A stretch of 64,000 nt of DNA. Source: an uncultured virus (IMG/VR IMGVR_UViG_3300044911_003846). Its lineage: Duplodnaviria > Heunggongvirae > Uroviricota > Caudoviricetes. The stretch lies in the IMG/VR virus record IMGVR_UViG_3300044911_003846. The stretch is one strand, 5' to 3'. The position numbers were made by a program, and so were the translations under genes. Below, piece after piece: positions 10,505 to 20,427 of the stretch (its first letter is position 1; the number at the start of each line of letters is the position of its first letter). The notes under the pieces are model-generated. The model searched no databases and had not been told where the DNA came from. It worked only from the letters and a program-made list of their open reading frames with translations.

Positions 10505-10657
10505 ATGTACAACATCGTTCGCTTCTACGCTCCCCACGTTGGGCGGCCCAACCGGATCATCCAACGGGGCCTGACCCTGGAGCAAGCCCAGGCCCACTGC
10601 AAGGATCCCCAAACCCGCAAGGAAGGGGAGTGGTTTGACGGTTACACTGAGGCCTGA
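10505..10657 (+). CDS. Early hypothetical protein (GLTLEQAQAHC...WFDGY type)
   Basis: ATG follows the leader repeat; motif common among small phage early proteins. Confidence 0.7.
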   Translation: MYNIVRFYAPHVGRPNRIIQRGLTLEQAQAHCKDPQTRKEGEWFDGYTEA

Positions 10658-10661
10658 TCAA

Positions 10662-10684
10662 CCGGGGGCTCCGGCCCCCTTTTA
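10662..10684 (+). terminator. Rho-independent terminator-like hairpin
   Basis: GGGGGC-TCCG-GCCCCC followed by TTTT. Confidence 0.55.
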
Positions 10685-10830
10685 CAATTTTTTACAAAGT
10701 TGATAGTTGATAGTACTTAATGAAGAAGTGCTACATGTGACGAGTTGTGACAAAACCGCTGAACTGCTGGCCGATGGTCTAGGATTGATGCATCGGGATC
10801 GAACCCGATTCACTTCGCACTTAGCAAGCG

Positions 10831-11505
10831 ATGAACACTGCACTGACGCTTAAGTCTGGCAACGACAAGACTGGTCCCATCCCGGTCAGCACCACGGCCC
10901 GAGGTAGCTGCCCAGAGGGCTGCCCCGCCAAGGCATTCTGCTATGCCGATGCAGGCTACTACACCCGTCTCCACTGGGATGCTGTGACTGCCGGCACCCG
11001 TGGCCTGCCCGAGCTGGACTTCATTGCGGCCGTCCGCAACCTGAAGCCGGGCTCCCGGTTCCGCCACAACGTGGCTGGCGACCTGTGGCACGTTGGCGGA
11101 GCGATCCGTGGCGATCTGCTGCGGATGCTGGCTGAGGCGGCCTCTCACCTGAAGGGCTGGACCTACACCCATCACCTGCGCACCGGGGCCAACCTGGCTG
11201 CCATCCGCTCCGCCATCCGCCGGGGTTTTACGGTCAATCTGAGCACTGAGGTGCGCAGCGAGGCCGCCCGGTTCGCCAAGCGTGGCCTGCCGGTGGTCTG
11301 CATCGTGCCCGAGGGCTCCCCCGCCAAGTTCGAGCACGATGGGGTCACCTTCCGGCAGTGCCCCGCCACGTTCGATGGCTCCCCCACACAATGCAGCAGC
11401 TGCGGGGGTGGCATCCCGTTCTGCGCCAGGGCTGACCGCAACTTCGTGGTCACCTTCCCGGTGCATGGGGGCCGCGCCAAGCTTGCCGCCACCGCCTGCG
11501 GCTGA
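10831..11505 (+). CDS. Cys-rich phage protein (Gp88/DUF7227-like, possible Fe-S binding)
   Basis: SGNDKTGPIP, CPxxCPxxxxCYA, FRHNVAGD, WTYTH, CPA and CxxC...CA motifs. Confidence 0.6.
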   Translation: MNTALTLKSGNDKTGPIPVSTTARGSCPEGCPAKAFCYADAGYYTRLHWDAVTAGTRGLPELDFIAAVRNLKPGSRFRHNVAGDLWHVGGAIRGDLLRMLAEAASHLKGWTYTHHLRTGANLAAIRSAIRRGFTVNLSTEVRSEAARFAKRGLPVVCIVPEGSPAKFEHDGVTFRQCPATFDGSPTQCSSCGGGIPFCARADRNFVVTFPVHGGRAKLAATACG

Positions 11506-11544
11506 TCAACCGGGGCCTTCGGGCCCCTCTACCCTTTTAACACC

Positions 11545-11673
11545 ATGGAATCACCTTACTTCGGTTGGATTGTGCCCTACGAGTGGCAGGAACCCGATTA
11601 CGGGGACGATCTAGAAGGCGAACAGCCCGAGGATTACAGCGATTTTGACGATGAGGGCGCTTTTACGCTCTGA
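11545..11673 (+). CDS. Small, highly acidic early peptide (42 aa)
   Basis: Read manually: MESPYFGWIVPYEWQEPDYGDDLEGEQPEDYSDFDDEGAFTL; lies between a cassette hairpin and a terminator. Confidence 0.55.
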   Translation: MESPYFGWIVPYEWQEPDYGDDLEGEQPEDYSDFDDEGAFTL

Positions 11674-11677
11674 AATC

Positions 11678-11699
11678 AGGCCCGAAAGGGCCTTTTTTT
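11678..11699 (+). terminator. Rho-independent terminator
   Basis: AGGCCC-GAAA-GGGCCT followed by a T run. Confidence 0.85.
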
Positions 11700-11966
11700 A
11701 CAAGTTGATAGTTGATAGTACGCAATATTACGTAATTTTTACGCAAAGTTGATAGTTGATAGTGCGCAACGGGGAGAAATACACAATTTGATGCATTACA
11801 ACTGATTTTTAAGCGATTTGGCGGTTCGCTAGGATGACTGCAGGCGACCAAAGCAGTCGCTTTTATGTGTTTCCCGCGTTTCCTGCGTACCTGTCACACA
11901 GGCAGATACTCTGGACACGGGGGAACGCCCCCTACAACTGGCACAGTGTGACAGTGACCCTGTTTT

Positions 11967-11982
11967 TGTAACAAATGTTACA
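11967..11982. promoter_or_regulatory. NtcA-type palindrome TGTA-N8-TACA
   Basis: TGTAACAAATGTTACA with T-rich flanks in non-coding DNA. Confidence 0.45.
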
Positions 11983-12332
11983 TTTTTTATACTTTTTTAA
12001 TAAGTATTGCCCCCTTGTACGCCCCTTGAGACCCATTGCGCCGCAAGGGATCACAGGAGAAACGCCTGATGATTCGTCGAGGGGGCAAAATGTCTCAGGA
12101 TTTTTGCTGTGGAAAACTTTTTCAACATTTCGAGGCTGTCCACCGGTTCATGCCTGTCCATGGCTGGACACGCTCTCCGATTCGGTACAATGGTTTGCAG
12201 CGCATCTCTTGCACTTAATAGGGAACGGGGTGCGGTTATTAACATCTGTGAAGATCCGGCTCAACCGGTCACCGATGGTCTACATTTGATTCCAGGGGGC
12301 AACCCCAGCATCCACTTAGTACGGAGCACACC

Positions 12333-12482
12333 ATGCTTACCTTTCATCTGATCCTCGAGCACTGGCAGACACGCCAGCTAAAGTTCGTGACGATTGAGGA
12401 GTGCGTCGATCTCGACGATTGTCTCGATCACATCCACCAGAATGAGCCTGGCTTTGAGATCATGCAGGTTCGCCCGGCCTGA
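12333..12482 (+). CDS. Early hypothetical protein (49 aa)
   Basis: Manual ORF MLTFHLILEHWQ... after the leader repeat. Confidence 0.65.
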   Translation: MLTFHLILEHWQTRQLKFVTIEECVDLDDCLDHIHQNEPGFEIMQVRPA

Positions 12483-12513
12483 TCCAGCACATCCACCTAG
12501 TACGGAGCACACC

Positions 12514-12684
12514 ATGACCAGATACGATGTTGTCTGCCCTTCGGCAGCCTGGGAGAATACCAGCACCGACGAGGATCAGGTTTCTGATCTTTGCCTGAGC
12601 CTCTCTCAGGACCATGGCTACGTTCAGGTACGCTACAACGGCGTCATCATCGAGGAGTACGTAGACGGAGCGATTCGCTACTGA
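12514..12684 (+). CDS. Early hypothetical protein
   Basis: MTRYDVVCPS... after the leader repeat. Confidence 0.7.
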   Translation: MTRYDVVCPSAAWENTSTDEDQVSDLCLSLSQDHGYVQVRYNGVIIEEYVDGAIRY

Positions 12685-12744
12685 TCTCTGCCCAACCCCG
12701 GCCTGGGCCAGGATGCCGGTTCACCACTTAGTACGGAGCACACC

Positions 12745-12924
12745 ATGACCGACCGCACCATCACCCTGTTCGATCGCATCAACCTTGCCAATTGTGCAGC
12801 GATGCGAGCCGGGAGCCTCTTTCGGGATGAGAATCGCTTCCACGGGGAGTATGAAACTGCCCGGGCCTGGATAAAGTACCGGGTCTACAACAGCCCCAAC
12901 TGCCATTTCGTGGAGATCGACTGA
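12745..12924 (+). CDS. Early hypothetical protein (59 aa)
   Basis: Manual ORF MTDRTITLFDRINLANC... between two ~51-bp direct repeats. Confidence 0.65.
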   Translation: MTDRTITLFDRINLANCAAMRAGSLFRDENRFHGEYETARAWIKYRVYNSPNCHFVEID

Positions 12925-12982
12925 TCATCGCCCAACCCCGGCCTGGGCCAGAATGCCGGTTCACCACCTAGCACGGAGCATC

Positions 12983-13207
12983 ATGGATCACTGCATCAAC
13001 ATCACCATCTGCGTCGACAATGCTGCATTTGGTGATACCTATGAAGATCAGGCAGCTGAGCTGTCTCGAATCCTTCGCCACGCAGCGAAGCGCATTCAAG
13101 AGAACCCCAGCTACATCAATCCCTACGATGGGATCGACCTCTGCCTGAATGACATCAACGGAAACCGGGTGGGCATTGTGTCCCCCACGGTTCTCCCCCT
13201 TTCCTGA
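12983..13207 (+). CDS. Early hypothetical protein (DNAAF...ELSRIL...DINGNRVG type)
   Basis: Follows the leader repeat; motif common in phage early proteins. Confidence 0.7.
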   Translation: MDHCINITICVDNAAFGDTYEDQAAELSRILRHAAKRIQENPSYINPYDGIDLCLNDINGNRVGIVSPTVLPLS

Positions 13208-13234
13208 TCAATCCACCTAGCACGGAGCATCACA

Positions 13235-13786
13235 ATGGACATCAACAAACTCGCAGCACAACTCGAGGAGCAGCTCGACTCTGAGTCTCTGCCCTGCCGG
13301 AAGTGCAATGGCAGCAAGCTGACAATCATGGAAGCCTGGACAACGGTCGACGGTCGCGAATTCTCCCGCCGTGAGCAACCTTGCATCTGGTGTGACGGCG
13401 TTGGCCACTTCACCAAGCCCGACCTGGTTGAACTGGTCGCGGCAGTCAAGGGCCGGAAGCCAGGGACGCTGCGCTCGAAGCGGCCTGACGACACACGCGC
13501 CTATTTCATCTGGCGCATGGCTCGGTTCCACACTGGAGCTGACGTGACGCTGCCGATGACAGCTCAGATGGACATTGCCCCTGATCCCTACCGGGAGCTG
13601 CTCGATTTCTGGGCTGAGAAGGTGGCTGAGCGCCTGTCAGGTCACAAGTCTGCAGGCCGAGCCCGCTGGCGTTCAGCGATGTATGGCGAAGCTCCCCAGG
13701 AGCGCTACCTGCCTGAGTCTGCCTTCCCTGGCGGCCCTGTTGCTGACGCCAACAAACCAGACGAGGAGCTCCTCGAGCTGCTCTGA
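13235..13786 (+). CDS. Protein with DnaJ-type zinc finger (CxxCxGxK...CxxCxGxG)
   Basis: CRKCNGSK and CIWCDGVG motifs. Confidence 0.65.
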   Translation: MDINKLAAQLEEQLDSESLPCRKCNGSKLTIMEAWTTVDGREFSRREQPCIWCDGVGHFTKPDLVELVAAVKGRKPGTLRSKRPDDTRAYFIWRMARFHTGADVTLPMTAQMDIAPDPYRELLDFWAEKVAERLSGHKSAGRARWRSAMYGEAPQERYLPESAFPGGPVADANKPDEELLELL

Positions 13787-13813
13787 CTTAACTAAACCTT
13801 AACCTGCCCCCGC

Positions 13814-14020
13814 ATGCCCGACTCTCGCCACGACTTCAAGCCCCGCAAGATCCGATTCAAGATCACCGGCGGGGCTGAAGATCTCAAAGATGCTGAAGAT
13901 CTCCTCAAAGAAGAGTATTCAGCAACTGGATGGGAAGTTAATTTCTACGAATTCAAACCGCGTGGAGATTATGGTCCCTTGCACGATCTCAGCCTCGGCT
14001 TTATTCAATCCATCAATTGA
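13814..14020 (+). CDS. Hypothetical protein
   Basis: Co-oriented early ORF. Confidence 0.5.
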   Translation: MPDSRHDFKPRKIRFKITGGAEDLKDAEDLLKEEYSATGWEVNFYEFKPRGDYGPLHDLSLGFIQSIN

Positions 14021-14206
14021 TCATCATGACCATCACTCACTTCCTCGTCGAGATTGAACACTCTGAAGATCTCGATCCTCAACTTCTCATTGCACGATTC
14101 GAAACTGGCAAGAACCTCAAGTCTCTGGAAGTTCTAGAGATCAACACACCACCAGAACCGAATCGAGTTCCATACATCGCCTACTGATTCATCGCACACA
14201 CCAACC

Positions 14207-14503
14207 ATGAAACTAATCACCAAGACCATCGCCAAGAAGATCCCCCCGCTGTACGGGCAGGAGAAGCTGAGCGCCGAGATGACCCTGGCCTACGTGAAGC
14301 TGTTCACCCCAGACAGCAACTGGACCTGGTACATCACCGAGATGGATCAGGAGACGGGTGAATGCTTCGGTGTTGTTTGTGGCCACGAGCGTGAGCTGGG
14401 CTACTTCGACATCAACGAGCTCGAGCAGCTGCGTGGACCCCTGGGGCTCCCTGTGGAGCGGGATAGGTTCTTCGACCCAACTCCCGTAAACCTTTGCAAA
14501 TAG
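14207..14503 (+). CDS. DUF2958-like protein
   Basis: VKLFTPDSNWTWYITE, FGVVCG, ELGYF and VERDRFF motifs. Confidence 0.8.
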   Translation: MKLITKTIAKKIPPLYGQEKLSAEMTLAYVKLFTPDSNWTWYITEMDQETGECFGVVCGHERELGYFDINELEQLRGPLGLPVERDRFFDPTPVNLCK

Positions 14504-14595
14504 GGTAGTCTCAGATACACCCAATTCCCTGAGGCTACGCTAGAACTTCACCAGGTCAGTCAGGCCTGAACCGCACCAACACCCACACCACCACA

Positions 14596-15003
14596 ATGGC
14601 AACCACCACCAGCAAGACCCGGAACATCCCTGGCATCATCAACGTCGGCCAGCGGATTGTAACCAGGGAATCGACCAGGACCGCAGCAGCCCGCAATCAA
14701 ACGGAGCTCGACATCGAAGCCTTCCGGGAGCTGAGTTCGACCATGAAAGATCTCAAGGAAGAACTGGAAGGGATTCGCGGTCGCCTCCTGCACACCATGC
14801 AGGCCACGAAGCAGCATCGGCTCCTCTCCAGTGATGGGGCCTTCGCGATCACCCTCAAGGAGCGCAGCAACTGGACCTACAGCGATGAGCTGGAGGACAA
14901 GCTGACCATGCTCAAGGCTGAACAGCAGAATGAGCAGCGCAAGGGCGTCGCGATCAACAACCCCACCCTCTTCATCGACGGGCGCACCGTTGCAGTCAAA
15001 TGA
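14596..15003 (+). CDS. Hypothetical coiled-coil protein
   Basis: 135 aa, CA-rich leader, phage-like codon usage. Confidence 0.6.
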   Translation: MATTTSKTRNIPGIINVGQRIVTRESTRTAAARNQTELDIEAFRELSSTMKDLKEELEGIRGRLLHTMQATKQHRLLSSDGAFAITLKERSNWTYSDELEDKLTMLKAEQQNEQRKGVAINNPTLFIDGRTVAVK

Positions 15004-15795
15004 GCTTCGACATCCCCGACCAGATCCTCGAATACTACGAGGAGAAGAAGCGCGACCTGCCGAAGGCTACCAACAGTCTTGTGAGCACGCTCCTTCACCA
15101 GCTGGATTGCGCGATCATTGCCCGCGACAATCACGGAGGACCGCAAGAAGCTGTTGATAGAGCCTTCCAGACCGTCCTTGACCATCCCGAGAATCGCTAC
15201 ACCAGCGAGGTTCTCTCCTATCGAATTCGCCAAGTGCATTACCACTGATGACCACCCTTCCAACCATCCACCTAAACGGCTCTGGCGCCGAGAACCTCCG
15301 TGAGGAGTACACTGCAGCGCTGAATGCTCTTCATCACGCCAGGAATGCACTGGTGCATGCCACCCTCAACATGCGGGACTTCTACCCCCAGGGGGATGAG
15401 GCCTACATCAATGCCAGAGAGGAGCGCACGAATGCCTTCCTCAAGCTCCAGGAAGTCGAAGAGTATTTGACTGACTGGGTAATCCACTGCCACGACCACA
15501 TCGATCGGAGGAACGCAGCATGATCTCCAAGAAAGTTCCCACCTTTCAGCAGAAAGTTCTCCTTAAGTGCATCGATGCATTCGAGGTAATCGGTCAAAAC
15601 ATCAATGTTGTGGCTGCTGTCGGCATCACCTGCCTGGCTCTGGTCATCAACCAGAAGGTTCTCAACTCCAGGACATTCGAGAACTGCCCCACGTCCATCA
15701 ACGCGCTGGTGACGCACAGAACCGTCCTTGGTGACGCCGTCGTGTGTGTTTCCCGCGTTGAGTTGTACGGTCCACGCGCACCCCTTCCGGACTGA
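15000..15795 (+). CDS. Three coupled small hypothetical genes (15000-15248, 15248-15523, 15520-15795)
   Basis: Overlapping stop/start codons (ATGA, TGATG). Confidence 0.6.
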
Positions 15796-15891
15796 AATGA
15801 GACACCTTCTGACGACCGCAGCAGTCGTGGCGATCATGCTCTTCCTCTGTCTTTAATTTAATTATTTCTTTAGATTCCCCCGCTGTTCATC

Positions 15892-17093
15892 TTGTCCCGC
15901 CACCACTACGCTGCCCACGCTTTCTGGTCTAAGCCTCCCGCTCTACCGGAAAACATTTTCCCCCTGTCACCACACCTACCACCTGACCAGCGTGATGCTG
16001 ATTCTCATGGAAACATTCTCTTCTATTCTCCGCATCATGGATGGATTGTCGCGAGCTACGAAGAGGTTCAAGATGTTATTCGAGAGAACAAATGCACACA
16101 CTGGACATTCACACCGCCTGAACCACCCAATGCACTCCATCGTCCTCATCGAAAGTTTGAAGCTCCAATCCGACGGTCACCTCCATGTGATAGCAATCCT
16201 GGAGAATGAACGGAGAGACGTGAGAGGAACCTACCTCTTCACCTCTCCTGAAGTTGCTCCAATCCGAGCAACAACCACCATCCCCTCCGAAGCTTTACCC
16301 CCAGATAAAACCTTCAGTGGTAAAAGCACCACAGAGCTCGCCAACATGATCGACCGCCACCAGCTGTTCCTCCACCAGGAATGGAAGGCACTTGACGCCG
16401 AGGAGGCCGAACCTCAACGCGACGACTACCCAGGCGGTCGCCTCTTCTTCTAACCCACACGCACACACCGAAGGATCCACCATGAAACTAATGAGCTGCA
16501 GCCACGTCGACATTAGCGTCCTCGTCGGCTCCTTGATTGTCAATCCAGGGGGAGCTGGATTCATCATCACCGGGATCTCATTTTCCCTCGATGATCTAAG
16601 TCCTTGGATTCACATCAAAGATCCAGATATCGAAGAGAGTGATCAAGCTATTCCGTTCAATGAAACTCTCGAAGATTGGTCTATTCAAATAGGGAATAGT
16701 TTGTATGGCTGACTTCCCCTGGGCAGTCGTACTTCTCCTCACCACCTGTTTGTTTGGCGTCGCCTGGATCATCACTTACATCTTGGTTCTCGCCGCCAAA
16801 GAGTAAACCCGCACGCACACACCACCAACACCACAACCATGGAATACGCAATCTCAATCAAACTCACAGAGAAGCAGTATCACGTTCTCAAGAACATGGC
16901 CAAAGATGAATATCGCACTATTGGCAATACTGTAGCGATGCTGATGGCAACCGGTTTTGGTTGGTACATCGAGGATCGAGACGTCTACATCGATAAAACA
17001 CCGGAAGATCGATTGCCTGAAGCTGGTGAGTACCAGCGCTACACCGATAAAGAATTGAAGGGCATCTTTGATTCGATTCCATTCAATCAATAG
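15892..17093 (+). CDS. Cluster of small hypothetical early genes (15892-16209, about 16130-16453, about 16482-16712, 16839-17093)
   Basis: Co-oriented ORFs; starts uncertain. Confidence 0.5.
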
Positions 17094-17119
17094 ATCCACC
17101 ACATACGCACACCACCACC

Positions 17120-17575
17120 ATGTCCACCACCAACACCCGATCCACCAAAGAAGAATTCGACGCCAGGTGCGAAGAAGCAGCCGATCTACTGGCCGAAGGC
17201 TATCCCGGTCGCGTCGTTGTCCGCAAGCTTGCAACCAGGTTCAACGTCTCAGCTCGCCAAGCCCGCAACTACGTTCGGGAAGGAGAGAAGCTGGCGAAGG
17301 AATCGGTTCCTGTCCACGATCGAGCGTTCCTGTTTGCCCAGACCTTTGCTGGTCTCCAGGCTGATCGGATTGACGCCAGGGAATCTGGGAACATCAATGC
17401 CCAGGTTGGTGCATCGAAGCAGCTGGTGCAGATGCTGAAGCTCATGTCCGACATCGATCCGATGCGGGACTTCGAGACGGCTTTCATGCATGCAGCCGCT
17501 GCTCAGTTGAACAACGGGAAAGGCTCGATCCCCAGGGTCAGCGTGAACTTCCAGGGAGACGAGCCTCCGTTCTGA
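17120..17575 (+). CDS. Helix-turn-helix protein
   Basis: LATRFNVSARQARNYV is an HTH-like segment. Confidence 0.6.
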   Translation: MSTTNTRSTKEEFDARCEEAADLLAEGYPGRVVVRKLATRFNVSARQARNYVREGEKLAKESVPVHDRAFLFAQTFAGLQADRIDARESGNINAQVGASKQLVQMLKLMSDIDPMRDFETAFMHAAAAQLNNGKGSIPRVSVNFQGDEPPF

Positions 17576-17612
17576 GAAATGGAACTAATTAGTTCCGCTT
17601 TTGGGTAAGGGG

Positions 17613-17753
17613 TCAGCGAGCGTTCACCAGAGCCGCTTCGTTCAGCTCCTTACCTTCTTTAGCAGTCTGAGCAACAGCGAGGATGTTCTGTCTCGCAGCC
17701 CGCTTCAGTTGCTTTTGGTTCGCAGTCACGTACGTGATGAATGCAGCCTTCAT
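17613..17753 (-). CDS. Small basic helical peptide (46 aa), antisense to the early operon
   Basis: Manual ORF MKAAFITYVTANQKQLKRAARQNILAVAQTAKEGKELNEAALVNAR; NtcA box and GATAAT -10 directly upstream. Confidence 0.55.
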   Translation of the reverse strand: MKAAFITYVTANQKQLKRAARQNILAVAQTAKEGKELNEAALVNAR

Positions 17754-17762
17754 GATCAATTC

Positions 17763-17778
17763 TGTAGTTTTTAATACA
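17763..17778. promoter_or_regulatory. NtcA box, repression geometry
   Basis: TGTAGTTTTTAATACA lies between a minus-strand -10-like GATAAT (17783-17778) and the ATG at 17753. Confidence 0.6.
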
Positions 17779-17882
17779 TTATCAGAATCGATGTGAGGCC
17801 GGAGTTCGCCGCGCTACAGTCCAAACAGTAAACCCGTACTACCGCCCCGTGTATTGGCGCATCAGCCAATACGTCACCAGTA

Positions 17883-19419
17883 TTGGCAACCTCACCAGCC
17901 CAGCCAATACATCAACCCGTCACCTCTACCACCGCCATGTCCGCCGTTACCGCTGCCACTTCCGCCGCGTCTGCTTTCTCCCACAAAGAGTTGCCATCTC
18001 GGGAAGTCTCGTTAACTTATTACCTGAACGGCAAACAGCAGGCCCTCTGTTTCAAAACAGAAGACCCTACCTTCCGCGAATTAATTTCAATCCTTCGCGA
18101 ACAGGATCGTCCGTTCCGCATTGTCTACATGTAACCAACATGACCATCCCGACCGACATGATGACCGAGGAATGGATGGATGAATTTGAACGTAACTTCG
18201 CGTCATTGAGAACGAATCGCAATAACGAACCTACCGTTGCATCGTCCTCCAATACTGATACAACAGACCAAGACAAAAGCAAAACACAAACCACTCCCCA
18301 ATCTCAACCTGAAACGGATTCATGCATCTGCTCCTAATTGCACTCCTCATTATTTTCACACCAACCTCAACATTCGCCTGTAGTCTTCACGACAACAATC
18401 CAAACCATGATCTTCCAAATCTTTCGTCACCACAACAAAGTACTCGTCGAACAATTCCTGGAGAATTTAAACGAATCCTTGGATTTAACAAAGAGTCTCA
18501 ATCACACTAAAGATCTCAGCTTGACTCAACTCAGAGCGATGCAATCCTTCGCACAAATGAGAGAGCTTGCTGATAGTAACGAGATGGGGTTTGTTGCATC
18601 ATTTATCGAACCCGACGGTTCGAACTACACAATCACAAACCTTCCCCACGCACAAAACGATTTCATCATCCAAAATCTACTCGTGGAGCCATTCATAGAT
18701 GAAAATGGTGGGGGTCGCGTACAACTGGTCGAAACCTACGAGGGTGTCCAGCTTCAGATAATTCCTGACGCAGAATAGAGAGAATCAAATCCATAGTTCT
18801 GTCGTGTCGTACAACATCTGGAACGCCATCGCGTATGAAATCACCAACCTGCTGATCAACCATGACGTCCGCTGGGAGCTCAACCAGTGGGTACAATTGA
18901 TCCGCAAACACTGCTTCCCCGACTGGGTAGAGTGGAAGACCGAGCGCACCATGAAGTCCGTCGACAAACAAATCGGCGAAATCAAAGAAATGATGAAGAA
19001 AGAAGATGACGCTAAGTACGTCACTCCGATCATCATCGAACACAAACCCGACGGCTCCAGGGCTCAAGACCTCTTAGGCGGAACTCTGGAAATCAAAGCA
19101 CCATGGTTTGACAATAGCCAACCAAAATGATCCGAGCTACACTGCAGTGAACCTTTACACCTACGCAGTCAAAACCATGGCGTCCGATTCTCTGGACAAA
19201 CATTGTGAGAAGATCCTGGAAAGGCTCGAAACAATCATTACTATGCTGGAGGATCTCCTGGAAGACCCCATCTTCCTGGATAACATCCATGGAGAGCAGG
19301 AGATGAGTCTCGATCTGGCACTGGAAGTCCTCGATGGGATCGCCGCTAAGTTCGAGCCAGAATCTGCATCCGTTCCAAGGGGACCGATCCCTGTCGACGA
19401 TAGCTACGACGCCAACTGA
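17883..19419 (+). CDS. Cluster of hypothetical genes (about 17937-18134, about 18407-18778, 18804-19130, about 19177-19419)
   Basis: Co-oriented ORFs; no recognisable motifs. Confidence 0.45.
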
Positions 19420-19626
19420 AACGGATGAAGGAGTTACCTTCCGCCCAGTATCAGGAGATCCTTTGGCGGGTGGCTGTTACCTCAGCGATTGAGACGACCG
19501 AACCCGCCTACGCGATCTTCGCCAGGCTTCTTCACAATTACCTAACAGAAAAGGAGTGGGTCGTCGACTTGGTTGACGATTTCACCTAGGAGCAGCGATA
19601 ATTCCAATGCACACACCACCCAACCG

Positions 19627-19977
19627 ATGTCCCACACTGTCGTTCCGCCTGCTGACCTACTGAAAAAGTGGGAGGATCAGTGGTTTAAGGATCTAGAGAA
19701 TACTGACGTCCTGCTGATCCAAGCCTTTCAAGCCGGTGCAGACCAGGAGCTCGAAGCGTGCTGTCAGGTCGCCCTGACTGATCCAGTCTGTGGAACCAAG
19801 CATCAACGCAACATGTTGGTGAGAAACATCCGTGAGCAGAGGCGACCAGACTTTGTAAGCTTGAAGAAGCGAGCCATGGGTGCTCTTTTTGCGATTGCTA
19901 CTGGTGATGATGGCGATAAGGATCTGTACCACAATGTCGCCACAATTCGTCAAGCTCTGGAGCAACTCCCAGGATGA
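19627..19977 (+). CDS. Cyanophage hypothetical protein (GADQELEACC...SLKKRA type)
   Basis: Motif typical of small cyanophage accessory genes. Confidence 0.6.
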   Translation: MSHTVVPPADLLKKWEDQWFKDLENTDVLLIQAFQAGADQELEACCQVALTDPVCGTKHQRNMLVRNIREQRRPDFVSLKKRAMGALFAIATGDDGDKDLYHNVATIRQALEQLPG

Positions 19978-20198
19978 CTGACCTCTCTCCCGAAGCGCGG
20001 GCAATCTTGGATGCCTACCAATTCGCACCAATCGAAGATGAACTGACGGCTGCTGCTGTCCTACGAGCTGCTGCAGAACAAATTGCTGTGCCAGATGGTC
20101 AACCAGAGGTAACACTTTGGGAGATTGGTTTTTGTGCTGGCATTAGAAGTGCTCAAAGCGGTCTCATCACCATCGCCGCCGAGCTTGAAGCTCGGTAA
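19974..20198 (+). CDS. Small hypothetical protein, MTDLSP family
   Basis: Paralogous to 20428-20619 (LSP.A....A, A..RAA.EQ, IA.ELEA). Confidence 0.65.
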   Translation: MTDLSPEARAILDAYQFAPIEDELTAAAVLRAAAEQIAVPDGQPEVTLWEIGFCAGIRSAQSGLITIAAELEAR

Positions 20199-20427
20199 CC
20201 CCACTCACTTTCCACCTTTACCAAGCCACCATGACCTATTACGAAATCAGCGCTCAAGACAACAACGAAGACGTGACCGAACTGGTCAAACACGCCGCCG
20301 AAAAGGTTGACGGCGTCATCGTCAAAACCAAGGAAGGCGGCAGCATCAAGATGACCGGCGATGTCAAGATCCAGATGACTGACGGGGCGATCAAGATTGG
20401 CTAGGCGTTGTAGTCACCTTCACTTCT

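Larger units (their letters stand above)
10061..10752. repeat. Direct repeat ATGTGACGAGTTGTGACA (10061-10078 and 10735-10752) upstream of early transcription units
   Basis: Identical 18-mer containing two TGTGAC half-sites 10 bp apart. Confidence 0.8.
10697..11763. repeat. Three copies of AAGTTGATAGTTGATAGT (10697, 11702, 11746)
   Basis: Identical 18-mers in AT-rich intergenic DNA just after terminators. Confidence 0.85.
10139..13237 (+). promoter_or_regulatory. Repeated early-gene leader CCACYTAGYAMGGAGCA..ATG (about 8 copies)
   Basis: Copies near 10139, 10483, 10818 (degenerate), 12309, 12490, 12723, 12963 and 13211, each directly before an ATG; most contain a GGAG Shine-Dalgarno. Confidence 0.85.

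Noticed and set aside
11975..12351. ORF-track ORFs in the 12-kb intergenic region
   Set aside because: No ribosome-binding site or leader repeat, atypical composition and mutual overlap; treated as non-coding.
10139..13237. CRISPR array interpretation of the early repeats
   Set aside because: The spacers are whole genes of variable length (150-700 bp), the repeats are degenerate and contain a Shine-Dalgarno, and there are no cas genes.
14505..14518. GTA-N8-TAC as an NtcA-activated promoter
   Set aside because: No TAN3T at the ~22-nt spacing (TAGAAC there), and the bare motif is common by chance; kept only as a weak mention.
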